This document shows positions 35,386-45,331 of a stretch of DNA of 64,000 nucleotides, in pieces. Within the stretch, counting starts at the first letter, position 1. Each line of letters opens with the position of its first letter. The notes beneath the pieces are model-generated. The model did not search any database. It was given only the letters and a program-made list of their open reading frames with translations, and was not told where the DNA came from. The DNA lies in assembly GCA_963815255.1 (NCBI GenBank), contig CAWFGH010000011.1, positions 1,002-65,001 on the forward strand, in the 5' to 3' direction. The translations under genes were made by a program, and so were the position numbers. Source of the DNA: an uncultured delta proteobacterium. Its GTDB lineage: Bacteria > Desulfobacterota > Binatia > Binatales > Binataceae.

Positions 35386-35778
35386 ATGGCGACCGTAAAG
35401 CTCGTCGAATATCGCGAAGCGAGCCCGGAGGTCCGGGCCGTTTACGACGACATCATGGCTACCCGCAAAACTGATTGGATTAACAATTTCTGGAAAGCGC
35501 TGGCCAATCATCCGCCGACACTCAGGCGAACCTGGGAGAGCGTGAAGGAAGTGATGGCGCCGGGCGCTCTCGATCCGCTGGTCAAGGAGATGATCTACAT
35601 CGCGGTCAGCGCGACCAACGGATGCGAATACTGCATCCGCTCCCATACCGCGGGCGCGCGCAAGGCCGGCATGACCGATGCCATGCTCGGCGAAGTGATG
35701 GCCGTGGTTGGGATGGCGAACGAAACGAATCGCCTTGCCAATGGCTACCAGGTCGATATCGATCGGCAGTTCGCCTAG
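35386..35778 (+). CDS. Carboxymuconolactone decarboxylase (AhpD-like) family protein
   Basis: ...VYDDIMATRKTDWINNFWKALANHP...IYIAVSATNGCEYCIRSHTAGARKAG (CxxC). Confidence 0.85.
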   Translation: MATVKLVEYREASPEVRAVYDDIMATRKTDWINNFWKALANHPPTLRRTWESVKEVMAPGALDPLVKEMIYIAVSATNGCEYCIRSHTAGARKAGMTDAMLGEVMAVVGMANETNRLANGYQVDIDRQFA

Positions 35779-35828
35779 TGGTGTTTTCCGCCACGCGCAT
35801 CAGATCTAGCTAGAGGGTCGATGTTGAT

Positions 35829-36254
35829 ATGGAGACGATGACGGGCGGGTGTTTGTGCGGAGATGTGCGGTACGAGGCTCAGGGAAAGCCTCTGTATGCG
35901 GTTCACTGCCACTGCCGCGATTGTCAGCGCTCATCCGGAACCGGGCATGTGCCGGTTATGGGTATGCCGAAGGCGTTTTTCAAAGTCACCGGCAAGCCCA
36001 AGAGCTACACGGTACAGGGAACGAGCGGACTGAGGACGACTCGGAACTTTTGCCCGACTTGTGGCAGCCTCCTCTTTGGCACGCCCGACATGGCTCCCGA
36101 GACCGTCACCGTTTATGTCGGTACCCTGGACGACCCGTCGGTATTTCAGCCGGAGGCCATCCTATTTGCGCGCAATCGTCTGGCGTGGGATGAGCTCAAG
36201 GGAAGCCTCCCTGAATTCGATACGATGCCTCCGTCGCCCGCGGATACTAAGTGA
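35829..36254 (+). CDS. GFA (glutathione-dependent formaldehyde-activating / CENP-V) family zinc protein
   Basis: GGCLCGDVRY...HCHCRDCQRSSG...NFCPTCGSLLF. Confidence 0.9.
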   Translation: METMTGGCLCGDVRYEAQGKPLYAVHCHCRDCQRSSGTGHVPVMGMPKAFFKVTGKPKSYTVQGTSGLRTTRNFCPTCGSLLFGTPDMAPETVTVYVGTLDDPSVFQPEAILFARNRLAWDELKGSLPEFDTMPPSPADTK

Positions 36255-36284
36255 TCGGGCCGGCGTAAATGGCTGCGCTGGCAG

Positions 36285-37220
36285 TCAGGCCGGCGGTATC
36301 GCTCCACGGCGTTCGGTGATTAGCTTGTAGGCTTCCGGCACGCGATTCAAAGCGAAATTGAATAGTCCTTCCTTGTTGGCCCGCGAGAGATCGAGGTCGC
36401 AGCGCGCGACCGCCAGTTCGTCGGCCTTGGTTACGGTCTGAGCGACAATCTCTCCAGAGGGCGCGACAATGCAACTGCCGCCCGCCAATTCGCATCCCTC
36501 CTCCACCCCCGCCTTCGCCACGCCGACCACGAACGTGCTGTTCTGGTAAGCGCCCGATTGCAATACCAAGTGATTATGAAAGCCCGTGAGATGATCGTAC
36601 ACCGGCATCCATGGCACGTGGGTCGGCGTGTTGTAACCCAGCATCACCATCTCGACCCCCTGCAAGCCCATCACCCGATAGGTCTCAGGCCATCGGCGAT
36701 CGTTGCAGATGCACATCCCGACGATTCCGTCGAATGCGCGCCACGCACCAAACCCCAGGTTGCCAACGTCGAAGTAGCGCTTCTCGAGATGCTGGAATGG
36801 ATAGTTCGGCCGATGGTCGGCGTGGCCGGGCAGATGGATCTTGCGATACTTGCCAACGATGCGGGCTTCCCGATCGACGATGATCGAGGTGTTGTAGTGA
36901 TGCGTCTGGTGGTCCTCGACCACCAGTTCCGCGTAGCCGAGGTAAAATCCCATCTTCAGGCGCTCCGCTTCGTCGAAGAGCGCGCGGGTGTCGGGTCCCG
37001 GCATTTCATGTTCGAAGAAGCTGTCGATCTCTTCGCGATCTTCCATCCACCAGCGCGGGAAAAACGAGGTCAGCGCGAGCTCTGGATAGACTATCAACTC
37101 GCATTTCATCTCGTGCGCCTGGCGCATCAGATCGATCAGCCGGCGGACGACGGCTTTGCGGCTGTCGTTGCGCGCGATTGGACCAAGTTGTCCCGCTGCG
37201 ACGGTCAATAGCCTGCTCAT
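36285..37220 (-). CDS. N-carbamoyl-D-amino-acid hydrolase (D-carbamoylase), nitrilase superfamily
   Basis: Near-colinear with the Agrobacterium D-carbamoylase as I recall it: ...GQLGPIAR...IVYPELALTSFFPRWW...GYAELV...YNTSIIVD...IVGKYRKIHLPGH...PFQHLEKRYF...GMCICNDRRWPETYRVMGLQG...GYNTPTH...GGSCIVAPSGEIVA. Confidence 0.9.
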   Translation of the reverse strand: MSRLLTVAAGQLGPIARNDSRKAVVRRLIDLMRQAHEMKCELIVYPELALTSFFPRWWMEDREEIDSFFEHEMPGPDTRALFDEAERLKMGFYLGYAELVVEDHQTHHYNTSIIVDREARIVGKYRKIHLPGHADHRPNYPFQHLEKRYFDVGNLGFGAWRAFDGIVGMCICNDRRWPETYRVMGLQGVEMVMLGYNTPTHVPWMPVYDHLTGFHNHLVLQSGAYQNSTFVVGVAKAGVEEGCELAGGSCIVAPSGEIVAQTVTKADELAVARCDLDLSRANKEGLFNFALNRVPEAYKLITERRGAIPPA

Positions 37221-37471
37221 CTTGAACCTCCCTGATGATTGATGGTCGCGGCGTTGCTATGCCGCGTCCGCAATCCGTTGTCCGTCGTCAGCTACTTTAC
37301 CAACGATGATTACCGGTTCGTCAACGCCGATGATCGTAATGATGATGCAGGCCGCAGACCCAGGTTCAGGCTGAAATCTGATATAAGCGGTTATCGCCGA
37401 AATTCAAAAAAGCCGGCGACGCATGACTGCCGCAAAAAACATGACCGCGGCAAAAAAAGTGGGAGATAGCG

Positions 37472-38479
37472 ATGAGCGATTACGAAGTCCTCGAGGTGCC
37501 TAACGTCCAGTTGCAACGGGGAGGGCTGCTCCCGATGGCCCGGCTGGCTTACAAGACCCTCGGGACGCTGAGTCCGGCTCGTGATAACGCGGTGCTGGTG
37601 CCGACCTGGTACACGGGAACGCACAACGATATCGAGACCTTCATGGTCGGCGAAGGCCGCGCGCTTGACCCGCGCAAGTACTTCATCGTGATGACCAACC
37701 TGCTGGGCAATGGACTGTCCTCGTCGCCCAGCAACTCTCCGCCACCGAACGAGCGTGGCCGTTTTCCCAAGGTCACAATCCACGACAATGTCCGTCTCCA
37801 GCAGATCTTGCTTACTCAGAAGCTGGGCCTCGCGCGTATCCGTCTCGTGACCGGTTGGTCGATGGGCGCGTGCCAGACCTTCGAGTGGGCCGCGCAATTC
37901 CCGGATATGGTGCGCGCCGCGTGCCCAATCGCAGGCTCGGCCAGAACGGCGTCATTCAACAAAGTCTTCCTGCTCGCGTTGCAGCGCGCACTCGAATTGG
38001 ATCCGGTCTTCGCGGGTGGTTTCTATGAGCGGCCACCCGTCGATGGGCTGAAGGCCTTCGCCGCGATCTACGCGGGCTGGGGAACGTCGGAGCCTTTCTA
38101 CCGGACCGAGGTCTATCGCGCTTTCGGCGCACGCGACTACCTCGAGCACGTCGCGTATTTCTGGGAGCCGTTCTTCGTGCGCTGCGACGCGAACAACCTG
38201 CTCGCGCAGCTGTGGACCTGGCTTCACTGCGATATCAGCAACAATCCGGCTTACAGCGGCAATTTCGAGGCCGCGCTTGGCGCGATCAAGGCACGCACCA
38301 TCGTCGCGCCGGTGGATAACGATCGCTATTTTCCGCCGGCGGACAGCGAGTACGAAGCGCAACACATCCCAGGCGCCAAGTGCCGCGTCATATCCTCGAT
38401 CTGGGGACATATGGCACCGATGAATCCGCGCGACATCCCGGCGATAGACGGTATCCTCCATGAACTGCTGGCGGACTGA
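37472..38479 (+). CDS. Alpha/beta-hydrolase, homoserine O-acetyltransferase (MetX)-like family
   Basis: ...LAYKTLGTLSPARDNAVLVPTWYTGTH...VTGWSMGACQTFEWAAQFPDMV (GxSxG nucleophile elbow)...SIWGHMA. Confidence 0.75.
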   Translation: MSDYEVLEVPNVQLQRGGLLPMARLAYKTLGTLSPARDNAVLVPTWYTGTHNDIETFMVGEGRALDPRKYFIVMTNLLGNGLSSSPSNSPPPNERGRFPKVTIHDNVRLQQILLTQKLGLARIRLVTGWSMGACQTFEWAAQFPDMVRAACPIAGSARTASFNKVFLLALQRALELDPVFAGGFYERPPVDGLKAFAAIYAGWGTSEPFYRTEVYRAFGARDYLEHVAYFWEPFFVRCDANNLLAQLWTWLHCDISNNPAYSGNFEAALGAIKARTIVAPVDNDRYFPPADSEYEAQHIPGAKCRVISSIWGHMAPMNPRDIPAIDGILHELLAD

Positions 38480-38492
38480 GTTTTTCGCCGAC

Positions 38493-39713
38493 ATGAAAAG
38501 TTCTTCGCTTCGGCTCTTCGTGCTCACCTTGGTTGGCGCCGCGTTGGCGGCGTGCTGTGTTGCGTGGAATGGCGTGGCGCGGGCGGCGGCGGCGCCGGAA
38601 TACAAGCTGACTTCGACGATGAAACTTGGCGGCGAAGGCGGCTGGGATTACGTGACGCTGGATGCGGCCGGCAAATTTCTATACGTGACGCGCACCACGC
38701 ATACGATGGTCGTGGATGTCGCGACGGGCAAGGCGGTGCACGATATTGCGGGGCAGGTGCGATCTCATGGCGTGGCGCTGGTTCCCGCGGCCGGGCGCGG
38801 ATTTATCAGCGATGGCAAACTGGGCGCGGTGATCGTCTTTGACCTGAACAGTGGAGCGGCGCTGGGCAAAATCGCTGCGGCGTATGACGCGGACTCGATC
38901 ATCTACGACCCAGCAAGCAATCGGGTGCTGGTGTTTTGCGGCGACGCTCATCGAATGGTGGCGATCGCGCCGGACGTGGACCCCAAAGGCGGCGTGGCGT
39001 CGGCGACGATTGACTTGGGCGGGTCGCCTGAGTTCGCGGTGGCGGACGGGCTCGGCAAGGTGTTCGTGAACATCGCGGACAAGGACGAAGTAGCGGTCGT
39101 CGATACAAAGCAGATGAAGGTGATCGCGCGATGGCCGACCGGGCCGGGCCAGCGCCCGACCGGAATGGCGATGGATCGCGCGTCGCGGCGGCTCTTCGTC
39201 GGGTGTCGCAACAAGAAGCTGGTGGTGATGAACGCGGACGACGGAAAAATCGTGGCGGCTTTTCCGATCGGCGCGGGCGTCGACGCGACAGCGTTTGACG
39301 ACGGGATGGTTTTCGCGAGCTGCGCGGACGGGACGCTGACGATCGTGCGGGAAGTGTCCGCGGACAAGTTCGAGCTGGCGGAGACGGCGAAGACTGAGAT
39401 GGGCGCGCGCACGATGGCCGTCGATGGGCATAGCGGGACCGTTTATCTGCCGACGGCGGATCTGACGTTTCCACCAGCGGGCGCCGGCAGTGCGCATCCG
39501 CGGCCGATACCGGTGGCGGGGACGTTCAGGATTCTGGTGGTGACGCGGAAGCTCGACCGGCGAGAAGTGAGAGCTGATGCGGAAGAAATCTGGCGATTTT
39601 ATGTTTTGGGATCCGTAGCGCTACTGCATCCGCCATCCGGCCCGCGCAGTATAGTCGGTCACGGTCTTGACGATCTGATCCGAGGTTTTCTTGGCCAGGC
39701 TGCTGGTGGATGA
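38493..39713 (+). CDS. Secreted YncE-like (YVTN-type) beta-propeller protein
   Basis: Signal MKSSSLRLFVLTLVGAALAACCVA. Repeated ...GGWDYVTLDAAGKFLYVT..., HGVALVPAAGRGFISD, ...IYDPASNRVLV..., PTGMAMDRASRRLFVG blades. The last ~55 aa overlap the convergent gene by 93 nt and look non-native, so the end is uncertain. Confidence 0.7.
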   Translation: MKSSSLRLFVLTLVGAALAACCVAWNGVARAAAAPEYKLTSTMKLGGEGGWDYVTLDAAGKFLYVTRTTHTMVVDVATGKAVHDIAGQVRSHGVALVPAAGRGFISDGKLGAVIVFDLNSGAALGKIAAAYDADSIIYDPASNRVLVFCGDAHRMVAIAPDVDPKGGVASATIDLGGSPEFAVADGLGKVFVNIADKDEVAVVDTKQMKVIARWPTGPGQRPTGMAMDRASRRLFVGCRNKKLVVMNADDGKIVAAFPIGAGVDATAFDDGMVFASCADGTLTIVREVSADKFELAETAKTEMGARTMAVDGHSGTVYLPTADLTFPPAGAGSAHPRPIPVAGTFRILVVTRKLDRREVRADAEEIWRFYVLGSVALLHPPSGPRSIVGHGLDDLIRGFLGQAAGG

Positions 39714-40343
39714 ACTGTAGGTCTTGGCCCCGCCGACGGCCGCATTCGTGGCTACGATTGCCGCCGCACCCCCGCCCGCAGCCACGCCGACCGGAGCCAT
39801 CACCGCCGCTCCCGGCATCTTGCCGCTATCGGCGTGCGTGCTGAACGTGAGCACCTGATTCAAATTGCCGCCGACGCGCTGGTACATCGCCACGTTACTG
39901 TCCAGGGTCGAAGACCCCGCGCCGAAACCGACTACCAGCCGGCGCAACCGATTGCCTTCGCTGATGTTAGTCAGCGCACCATCAACGATAAGGATGTTGC
40001 CGCCAGCTACGAAGGTTCCGCGTTGAGCACACGCGGCATTGTAGCCATTCGCCGTCAGGTCGGAGACAACTTGCTGACAAATCGCCTGCGCGGTGTCATG
40101 CGCGATCTGAAGCTGAGCCGCATTCTCGTTGTCACCCGTCGCGCCGCGGTAGGCTTTCTGGATGATGCTCTGGTTGAGCGTAACTTCGGACGGATCGGCG
40201 GCAAAGGGATAGACGACGATTTGGGTGGGACGATCATAGTCGGCCGGCCCGCGCTGAGCCTGCTGCGTCACGGCCGCATTCGAGCATCCGGCCAGTACAA
40301 GCGCACAAAGGACATAAAGTCGGACAAACTGACTCCATCTCAT
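39621..40343 (-). CDS. Lipoprotein, DUF4410-like
   Basis: Lipobox LVLAG|C. ...IVVYPFAADPSEV...GNILIVDGALTNISEGNRLRRLVVGFGAGSSTLDSNV.... Family assignment is from memory of the DUF4410 pattern. Confidence 0.55.
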   Translation of the reverse strand: MRWSQFVRLYVLCALVLAGCSNAAVTQQAQRGPADYDRPTQIVVYPFAADPSEVTLNQSIIQKAYRGATGDNENAAQLQIAHDTAQAICQQVVSDLTANGYNAACAQRGTFVAGGNILIVDGALTNISEGNRLRRLVVGFGAGSSTLDSNVAMYQRVGGNLNQVLTFSTHADSGKMPGAAVMAPVGVAAGGGAAAIVATNAAVGGAKTYSSSTSSLAKKTSDQIVKTVTDYTARAGWRMQ

Positions 40344-40544
40344 CTCGTTCCATCCCCCCTAATTGTCGCGCGTTCCCTGTGCTTCCCGCGCAGCTACCGA
40401 ATTCATTCATACATAAATCAGCGTATAAAGCTGTACCTTGGGTGACATATTTTTAGGCGACATGGTTTTGGTGGAACTTCAGGCGAGCATGGCCCTGCCA
40501 ACCTGCGTTCGTCGCTCTTTGAGCGCCTGCAGGATAGCAGATGA

Positions 40545-40588
40545 GACGAAACAGGCTGCATCGCGCCTGAGGGCAACGATGCAGCCTG
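40545..40588 (-). terminator. Rho-independent terminator downstream of the glycine-zipper lipoprotein gene
   Basis: Perfect 12-bp stem CAGGCTGCATCG (40552-40563) / CGATGCAGCCTG (40577-40588) with a 13-nt loop. On the minus strand it is followed by TTTCGTCTC. Confidence 0.5.
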
Positions 40589-40663
40589 ACAATTTTCGCG
40601 AGCGCGTTTTAGAGGCCGGCGCTTCTGACGCCGGCGCGACGAACTTAGTACCCGCCGTACCTG

Positions 40664-41041
40664 TTAGTAACCGCCGTACCTGCCGTAGCCGTAACGGCCG
40701 TAGTTGCCGTACCCACCATACCCGCCGTATCCGTACTCCTGATGCTGCATCTCATTGCCGATCAGGTAGCCAAGGCCGGCACCGCCGAGGCCGCCAATCG
40801 CGGCGCCAGCGAGAGGTGAACCGACCGCCGATCCTACCAGCGCGCCGCCGCCGACACCGGCTGCTCCGCCGATCAGCGTGCCTTCCGCGCGTGTGCTGAG
40901 CGGCGGGCCGTAACATCCGGCCAGCGAAAGCGTCGCGATCAGCGCAACGGTCCCAGCGCAATATCGCCAGATCTTTCGCCCCCTGGATTGAGTCAAGCCC
41001 TGGTTCCCGGACGCAATTGCCGCGACTTTTGCTGCATCCAT
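40664..41041 (-). CDS. Glycine-zipper lipoprotein with a Gly/Tyr-rich C-terminal tail
   Basis: Lipobox LSLAG|C. GGAAGVGGGALVGSAVGSPLAGAAIGGLGGAGLGYLIG, then EYGYGGYGGYGNYGRYGYGRYGGY. Confidence 0.7.
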   Translation of the reverse strand: MDAAKVAAIASGNQGLTQSRGRKIWRYCAGTVALIATLSLAGCYGPPLSTRAEGTLIGGAAGVGGGALVGSAVGSPLAGAAIGGLGGAGLGYLIGNEMQHQEYGYGGYGGYGNYGRYGYGRYGGY

Positions 41042-41238
41042 ACACAGTCCCTCCGTTTACCTGATACGAAGGGTCTGCCGTTCGGTTACAGGCCGGAATC
41101 GCGCGCGTTCGCACGCTATAATTGCCCGGTAATTCTTGCGGATTTACGGCTACAAATGGCGTCCGAACAGTCGGGCGCACTGGTAGTGAAAGGCTCTGTG
41201 ACTCAGGCGAGTTCGCGGATAACGCACGCCGGGTCCGA

Positions 41239-41994
41239 CTAAGCTGGACGGCGCTTCGCTTGCTCGAACTCGCTCGCCACCTGCGCGAGACGCTGGTAGA
41301 AAGCTTCGCCGAAGCCGGCCTCGATCGCCATCCGGCATTCGATGAACATCGGGTCGCCCTGCTCGGCTCGCAGACACGGAAGCTCGGAATCCTTCTCCCG
41401 TCCGAACAAGGACGAGGTCTCGCGCGAGGTCGCGGTCAGCAAGGTTTCGCCATTTTCGAAGCGGTAGATGACGATTGGAAAAAGTACGCAGGCGAGCGGT
41501 TTGATCGAAGGAACGGGGACGCCCTTTTCCAGCGCCAATGAATGAAGTCCGCAGCGCAACTGACCGCCGCCGTCGCGGTAGGAAAAAGCGCAGCGCCCCT
41601 TTTCCTTGGCGAGCGAGATCGTATGCGACTCCAGGAAGAGTTCAGCGATCGTGCGGCCGGGCGTGACGCGTTCGCCGTCGTACCGGCTCAGCAGTTCGAT
41701 CACCGCGTCGCCGTGCTCGACGATTCGCGCGTGCTCCTCGGGCGTGATCTCGACGTCATAGTCGGTGCAGCAGGATTCGATACCGGGACCCCGATCGATT
41801 CCCGCGCAGGTCTTGGTGTCGCAGCGAAAATGCGTCTTGAACAGCGTCCCGGCGTCGACCATTATCCCGTCGACATTGGCCAGCAGTTCGCGCTCCCTGA
41901 GCGCGCTTATATATCTGCGCCAGGGCGCCTCGTTGAAATCGCGCAGCCATCGTTCGGCCAGCGGTGTGAGGTCGGCAGATTTATTCGCTTCCAT
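41239..41994 (-). CDS. Cysteine-cluster protein, DUF3109/YkgJ-like (putative Zn or Fe-S binding)
   Basis: FRCDTKTCAGIDRGPGIESCCTDYDVEITPEE...GRCAFSY...LRCGLHSLALEKG...KPLACVLFPI. The Cys pattern resembles DUF3109 and CxxCxGxCC families. The family call is weak. Confidence 0.4.
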   Translation of the reverse strand: MEANKSADLTPLAERWLRDFNEAPWRRYISALRERELLANVDGIMVDAGTLFKTHFRCDTKTCAGIDRGPGIESCCTDYDVEITPEEHARIVEHGDAVIELLSRYDGERVTPGRTIAELFLESHTISLAKEKGRCAFSYRDGGGQLRCGLHSLALEKGVPVPSIKPLACVLFPIVIYRFENGETLLTATSRETSSLFGREKDSELPCLRAEQGDPMFIECRMAIEAGFGEAFYQRLAQVASEFEQAKRRPA

Positions 41995-42171
41995 TCGCCC
42001 CTCTCGCGGGCCTCGAGTTCCGTCGCGTGCAGATTCGATCGTCTCGGTGAGATTTCCAAATCAAAGGGCGATGCGCAATACGAGTTGGCCGCGAGTGCGC
42101 ACAGTTAAGGCGCGTCGCGGCTTTTGTGGCGGTTGCTTGCGGTCACGATCTTCTGCCAGATAGAGGGGTTC

Positions 42172-43368
42172 GTGAGTACCGCGCCCAAAATACCGGCCGA
42201 CGCGCAGCAGACCGAGGCGGCCGATTACAAATCGATAGCTCTGCTTTCCGCCTGCCACTTCTCCGACGACCTCAACCAGGGCGTCGTGCCGGCGATGCTG
42301 CCGTTTTTCATCACGGCATATCATCTGAGCTATGCCGCTGCGGCCGGGCTGGTTCTCGCGCAGACTCTTTTTTCGTCGGTGGCGCAGCCATTATTCGGTT
42401 TGCTTGCGGATCGGCGGCCGTCGCCCTGGCTCATTCCGATCGGGCTCAGTTTCGCCGGCCTCGGAGTCGCGCTCACGGGCCTGACGCACACCTATGGCCT
42501 GATTTTCGCCGCAATCGCCGCGAGCGGCATGGGCATCTCCGCCTTTCATCCCGAAGCCGCGCGCCGGGTCAGATACCTCGGCGGCGCGCGGGCGGCCACC
42601 TCGATGAGTCTTTTCACGGTGGGCGGGATGGCGGGGTTCGCGGCCGGCCCGCTTCTGATCACGCCGACGCTGATCGCGTTCGGTACTCGCGGCGCTGTGC
42701 TCCTCGCGCTGCCGGTTGTGATCATGTCGCTCGCGGTGACCTTGCAACTGCCGCGCATCGCGGCCCAACGAACACCGCCGCATCACCAGGCCACCCGCTC
42801 CTCTCTCGTCACCGGCCGCGAGCAATGGAGCGCCTTCTCGCGCCTCACGATCGTCGTGATGCTTCGTTCGATCGTGTTTTTCGGACTCAACACTTTCATC
42901 CCGCTCTACTGGTCCCACGTACTTCAGGGCTCGAAGGCCGGGGGCGGCTACGCGCTGGCCACGATGTTGAGCGCGGTGGTCACCGGCACGCTCATCGGCG
43001 GGCGGATGGCCGACCGCTACGGTCGCAAGATTGTGGTGGTGGTCTCGCTGGCCGCGCTCGCGCCATTGCTGTTCGTGTTCCTGAGCGCGCACGGCCTGAC
43101 GGCGGCGGGCTTGCTCCTTATTCCGGTCGGGCTCGCGCTGGCGGCCTCCACCAGCGTGATGGTCGTGATGGCGCAGGAGTACCTGCCGGATCGAATCGGG
43201 TTGGCCGCGGGCGTGACGCTGGGGCTCTCGATGACGGTTGGCGGTGTGCTGATGCCGGCGTTCGGTGCGATAGCCGATCACTATGGGCTGCGGATGGCGA
43301 TGACCGTGCTCGCGGTGGTGCCTGCGCTGGGTTTCGCGATGAGCCTGACTTTGCACGAGCCTTCATAA
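42172..43368 (+). CDS. MFS transporter (Fsr-like)
   Basis: 12-TM profile. ...HFSDDLNQGVVPAMLPFFI...LFGLLADRRPSPWLI...GGRMADRYGRK. Start is GTG 42172 after GAGGGG (the ORF opens at 42124). Confidence 0.85.
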   Translation: MSTAPKIPADAQQTEAADYKSIALLSACHFSDDLNQGVVPAMLPFFITAYHLSYAAAAGLVLAQTLFSSVAQPLFGLLADRRPSPWLIPIGLSFAGLGVALTGLTHTYGLIFAAIAASGMGISAFHPEAARRVRYLGGARAATSMSLFTVGGMAGFAAGPLLITPTLIAFGTRGAVLLALPVVIMSLAVTLQLPRIAAQRTPPHHQATRSSLVTGREQWSAFSRLTIVVMLRSIVFFGLNTFIPLYWSHVLQGSKAGGGYALATMLSAVVTGTLIGGRMADRYGRKIVVVVSLAALAPLLFVFLSAHGLTAAGLLLIPVGLALAASTSVMVVMAQEYLPDRIGLAAGVTLGLSMTVGGVLMPAFGAIADHYGLRMAMTVLAVVPALGFAMSLTLHEPS

Positions 43369-43392
43369 CCCGCACCTGATCACGAGGACCTC

Positions 43393-43857
43393 GTGGCTCT
43401 TTCTCGCGATGGCGTAGATATTCTTCTGCCCTTGGCCGTCGGTATCGCGACGACTATTAGCACCATCTTCATCCACGCCCTGGCTCTGGTAGCCATTGTC
43501 CGCTTCGTCCGTTATGAGCGAAGGATCGGCCACGCCGGCGTTCGCTTTCTTATCGATGTGTCGATCGTGGTGAGAGCCACGTTGCTAGCGCTCGCCGCCC
43601 ACCTGATTGAGATAGCGGCATGGGCGCTGGTGTTCGTGTGGTGCGGCGAATACCGGGACTTCGCCGCGGCCTTTTATAGCTCCGCGGAAAACTACACCAC
43701 GTTGGGCTACGGCGACGTAGTCATGTCGGCGCGATGGCGGCTGCTGGGACCGCTCGAAGCGGCCGATGGAATGCTGATGTTCGGGGTGACAACCGCGATG
43801 ATCTTCAGCGTCATCCAGCGGTTGGTTTGGACGAGACTCGGCGAGCCGCGCGGCTGA
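43393..43857 (+). CDS. Small potassium-channel-family protein (Ion_trans_2, TTLGYGD selectivity filter)
   Basis: TM helices flanking ...FYSSAENYTTLGYGDVV... Confidence 0.8.
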   Translation: MALSRDGVDILLPLAVGIATTISTIFIHALALVAIVRFVRYERRIGHAGVRFLIDVSIVVRATLLALAAHLIEIAAWALVFVWCGEYRDFAAAFYSSAENYTTLGYGDVVMSARWRLLGPLEAADGMLMFGVTTAMIFSVIQRLVWTRLGEPRG

Positions 43858-43961
43858 TCCGGATTCAAACCGGCCGTGCCGCGATACGCTCGTAGCACGC
43901 GCGCCGCGCGGCGTTCTCGGGATGAAACTGTCTCGCCCTGAGAACGCCGCGGCGGTATCGA

Positions 43962-45164
43962 TTAGCGAATCTTGTCGGTAAACCGCGGCAGCACTTTGGT
44001 GGTCAAAAGCTCCAGGGTGCGCATCGCCGCCTTTTGTGGCACCAGCTCATTGTAGATATAGGCCCAGAAATATTCGGCCGGGAGATCCTTGAACAACCGC
44101 TCCAGCTTGCGCGAAACCGTGTCCGGGCTGCCGCAGATAGTCAGACCGCGGTCGACCATCGACTCGAACGTGTTGGGCACGTCCTTATGGTTCTCGCCGG
44201 GCCGCGCGATCGCTGCGTTGAAGCCAAACGGTTCGAAAAACTTGGTCCAGATGAAGCAGCCGGCCTCGCGCGCGATTGCGATCGCCTCCTCGTCGGTATC
44301 GGCGACTACCATTTCGCGGGTGATGCCGATTCCCTGACCGAAGCTGAACTTCTTGCCCATTTGCGCGGCGCCGTCCTGGCAGGCCTTGAACTGCCCGGTG
44401 CATATTTCCTTGTCGCACACGATCGTGATCGGCACGACGTTGTGCTGCGCCGCCCATCGTACGGACGACTCCGAAAAACTGAACGGCTGGAACAGCGGCG
44501 GATGCGGTTTCTGGTAGGTTTCCGGTACCGTCCCGATCTCGAGCAAGATGCCCTTGTCGTCGACGCCGCGGCCGTACTTGCGAGTGACATTGTGCGCGGG
44601 CCAAAAAATGCCGGGCGGCGGTATCTGCCAGTGCTTGCCGTGATGGCTGAAGGTCGGATTGGTCCACGCCTTCATGATAATATCGAAGTGCTCTTCGTAG
44701 AGTTCCTTCTTGAGCTTCTCGTAGCCCTCGGGATCGGTCTGATTGTCCGCGAGTCCCTGGTAGTGCTGGCCCAGCGTGTTGACCCAGCGCGGCTGGTAGC
44801 CTCGCGCGAATCCCGCAAACGCCCTGCCCTTGGTCACCTGGTCGAGAATCGCGACATCCTCGGCAATGCGAAGCGGATTGTGGCAGGGCAGCACCAGTCC
44901 CAGTTGCCCGACCCGCAGACGCTTGGTCTGCATCCCGAGGAACATGTCGAGCAGAACCGGGTTGGTGGAAACCTCTTCGCCCTCGATATGGAAATGATGC
45001 TCGGTAAACGCGACACCGTAATAGCCATGCTCGTCGAGGTAACGGGCCTGTTCGCTCAAGTTGCCCAGCATCCGCTGATAAAGATCGGTGCGTCGGCCCG
45101 CCATTCCCGCGCTTATCTCAGCCTTGTTGCCGATGCTCGGCAGGTAGAACACTCCAACTTCCAT
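43962..45164 (-). CDS. LLM-class (luciferase-like) flavin-dependent oxidoreductase, paralogue 1
   Basis: ...YGVAFTEHHFH...GQLGLVLPCHNPLRIAEDVAILDQVTKGRAFAGFARGYQPRW...YQKPHPPLFQPF... Confidence 0.85.
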   Translation of the reverse strand: MEVGVFYLPSIGNKAEISAGMAGRRTDLYQRMLGNLSEQARYLDEHGYYGVAFTEHHFHIEGEEVSTNPVLLDMFLGMQTKRLRVGQLGLVLPCHNPLRIAEDVAILDQVTKGRAFAGFARGYQPRWVNTLGQHYQGLADNQTDPEGYEKLKKELYEEHFDIIMKAWTNPTFSHHGKHWQIPPPGIFWPAHNVTRKYGRGVDDKGILLEIGTVPETYQKPHPPLFQPFSFSESSVRWAAQHNVVPITIVCDKEICTGQFKACQDGAAQMGKKFSFGQGIGITREMVVADTDEEAIAIAREAGCFIWTKFFEPFGFNAAIARPGENHKDVPNTFESMVDRGLTICGSPDTVSRKLERLFKDLPAEYFWAYIYNELVPQKAAMRTLELLTTKVLPRFTDKIR

Positions 45165-45331
45165 TTCGTCACCTCGTGAGGGATAGGTCCCGTATGTCTA
45201 TCGTCAGACTGTAGCCTAAATCGCCTGACGCCGGAAATGTAGCGCTGGCTTGATGCGCACGACGGTTGTATCTTCTTCGCAATTACTCATGCGGCAGCCG
45301 GATTTGCGGCGCCGCCGTGAGGGAGGCTCAC

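Noticed and set aside
42126-43379. 417-aa alternative plus frame and 321-aa minus ORF (42391-43356) across the MFS transporter gene.
   Set aside because: The frame at 42124/42172 gives a 12-TM MFS profile. The other two are Arg/Gly/Asp-rich nonsense.
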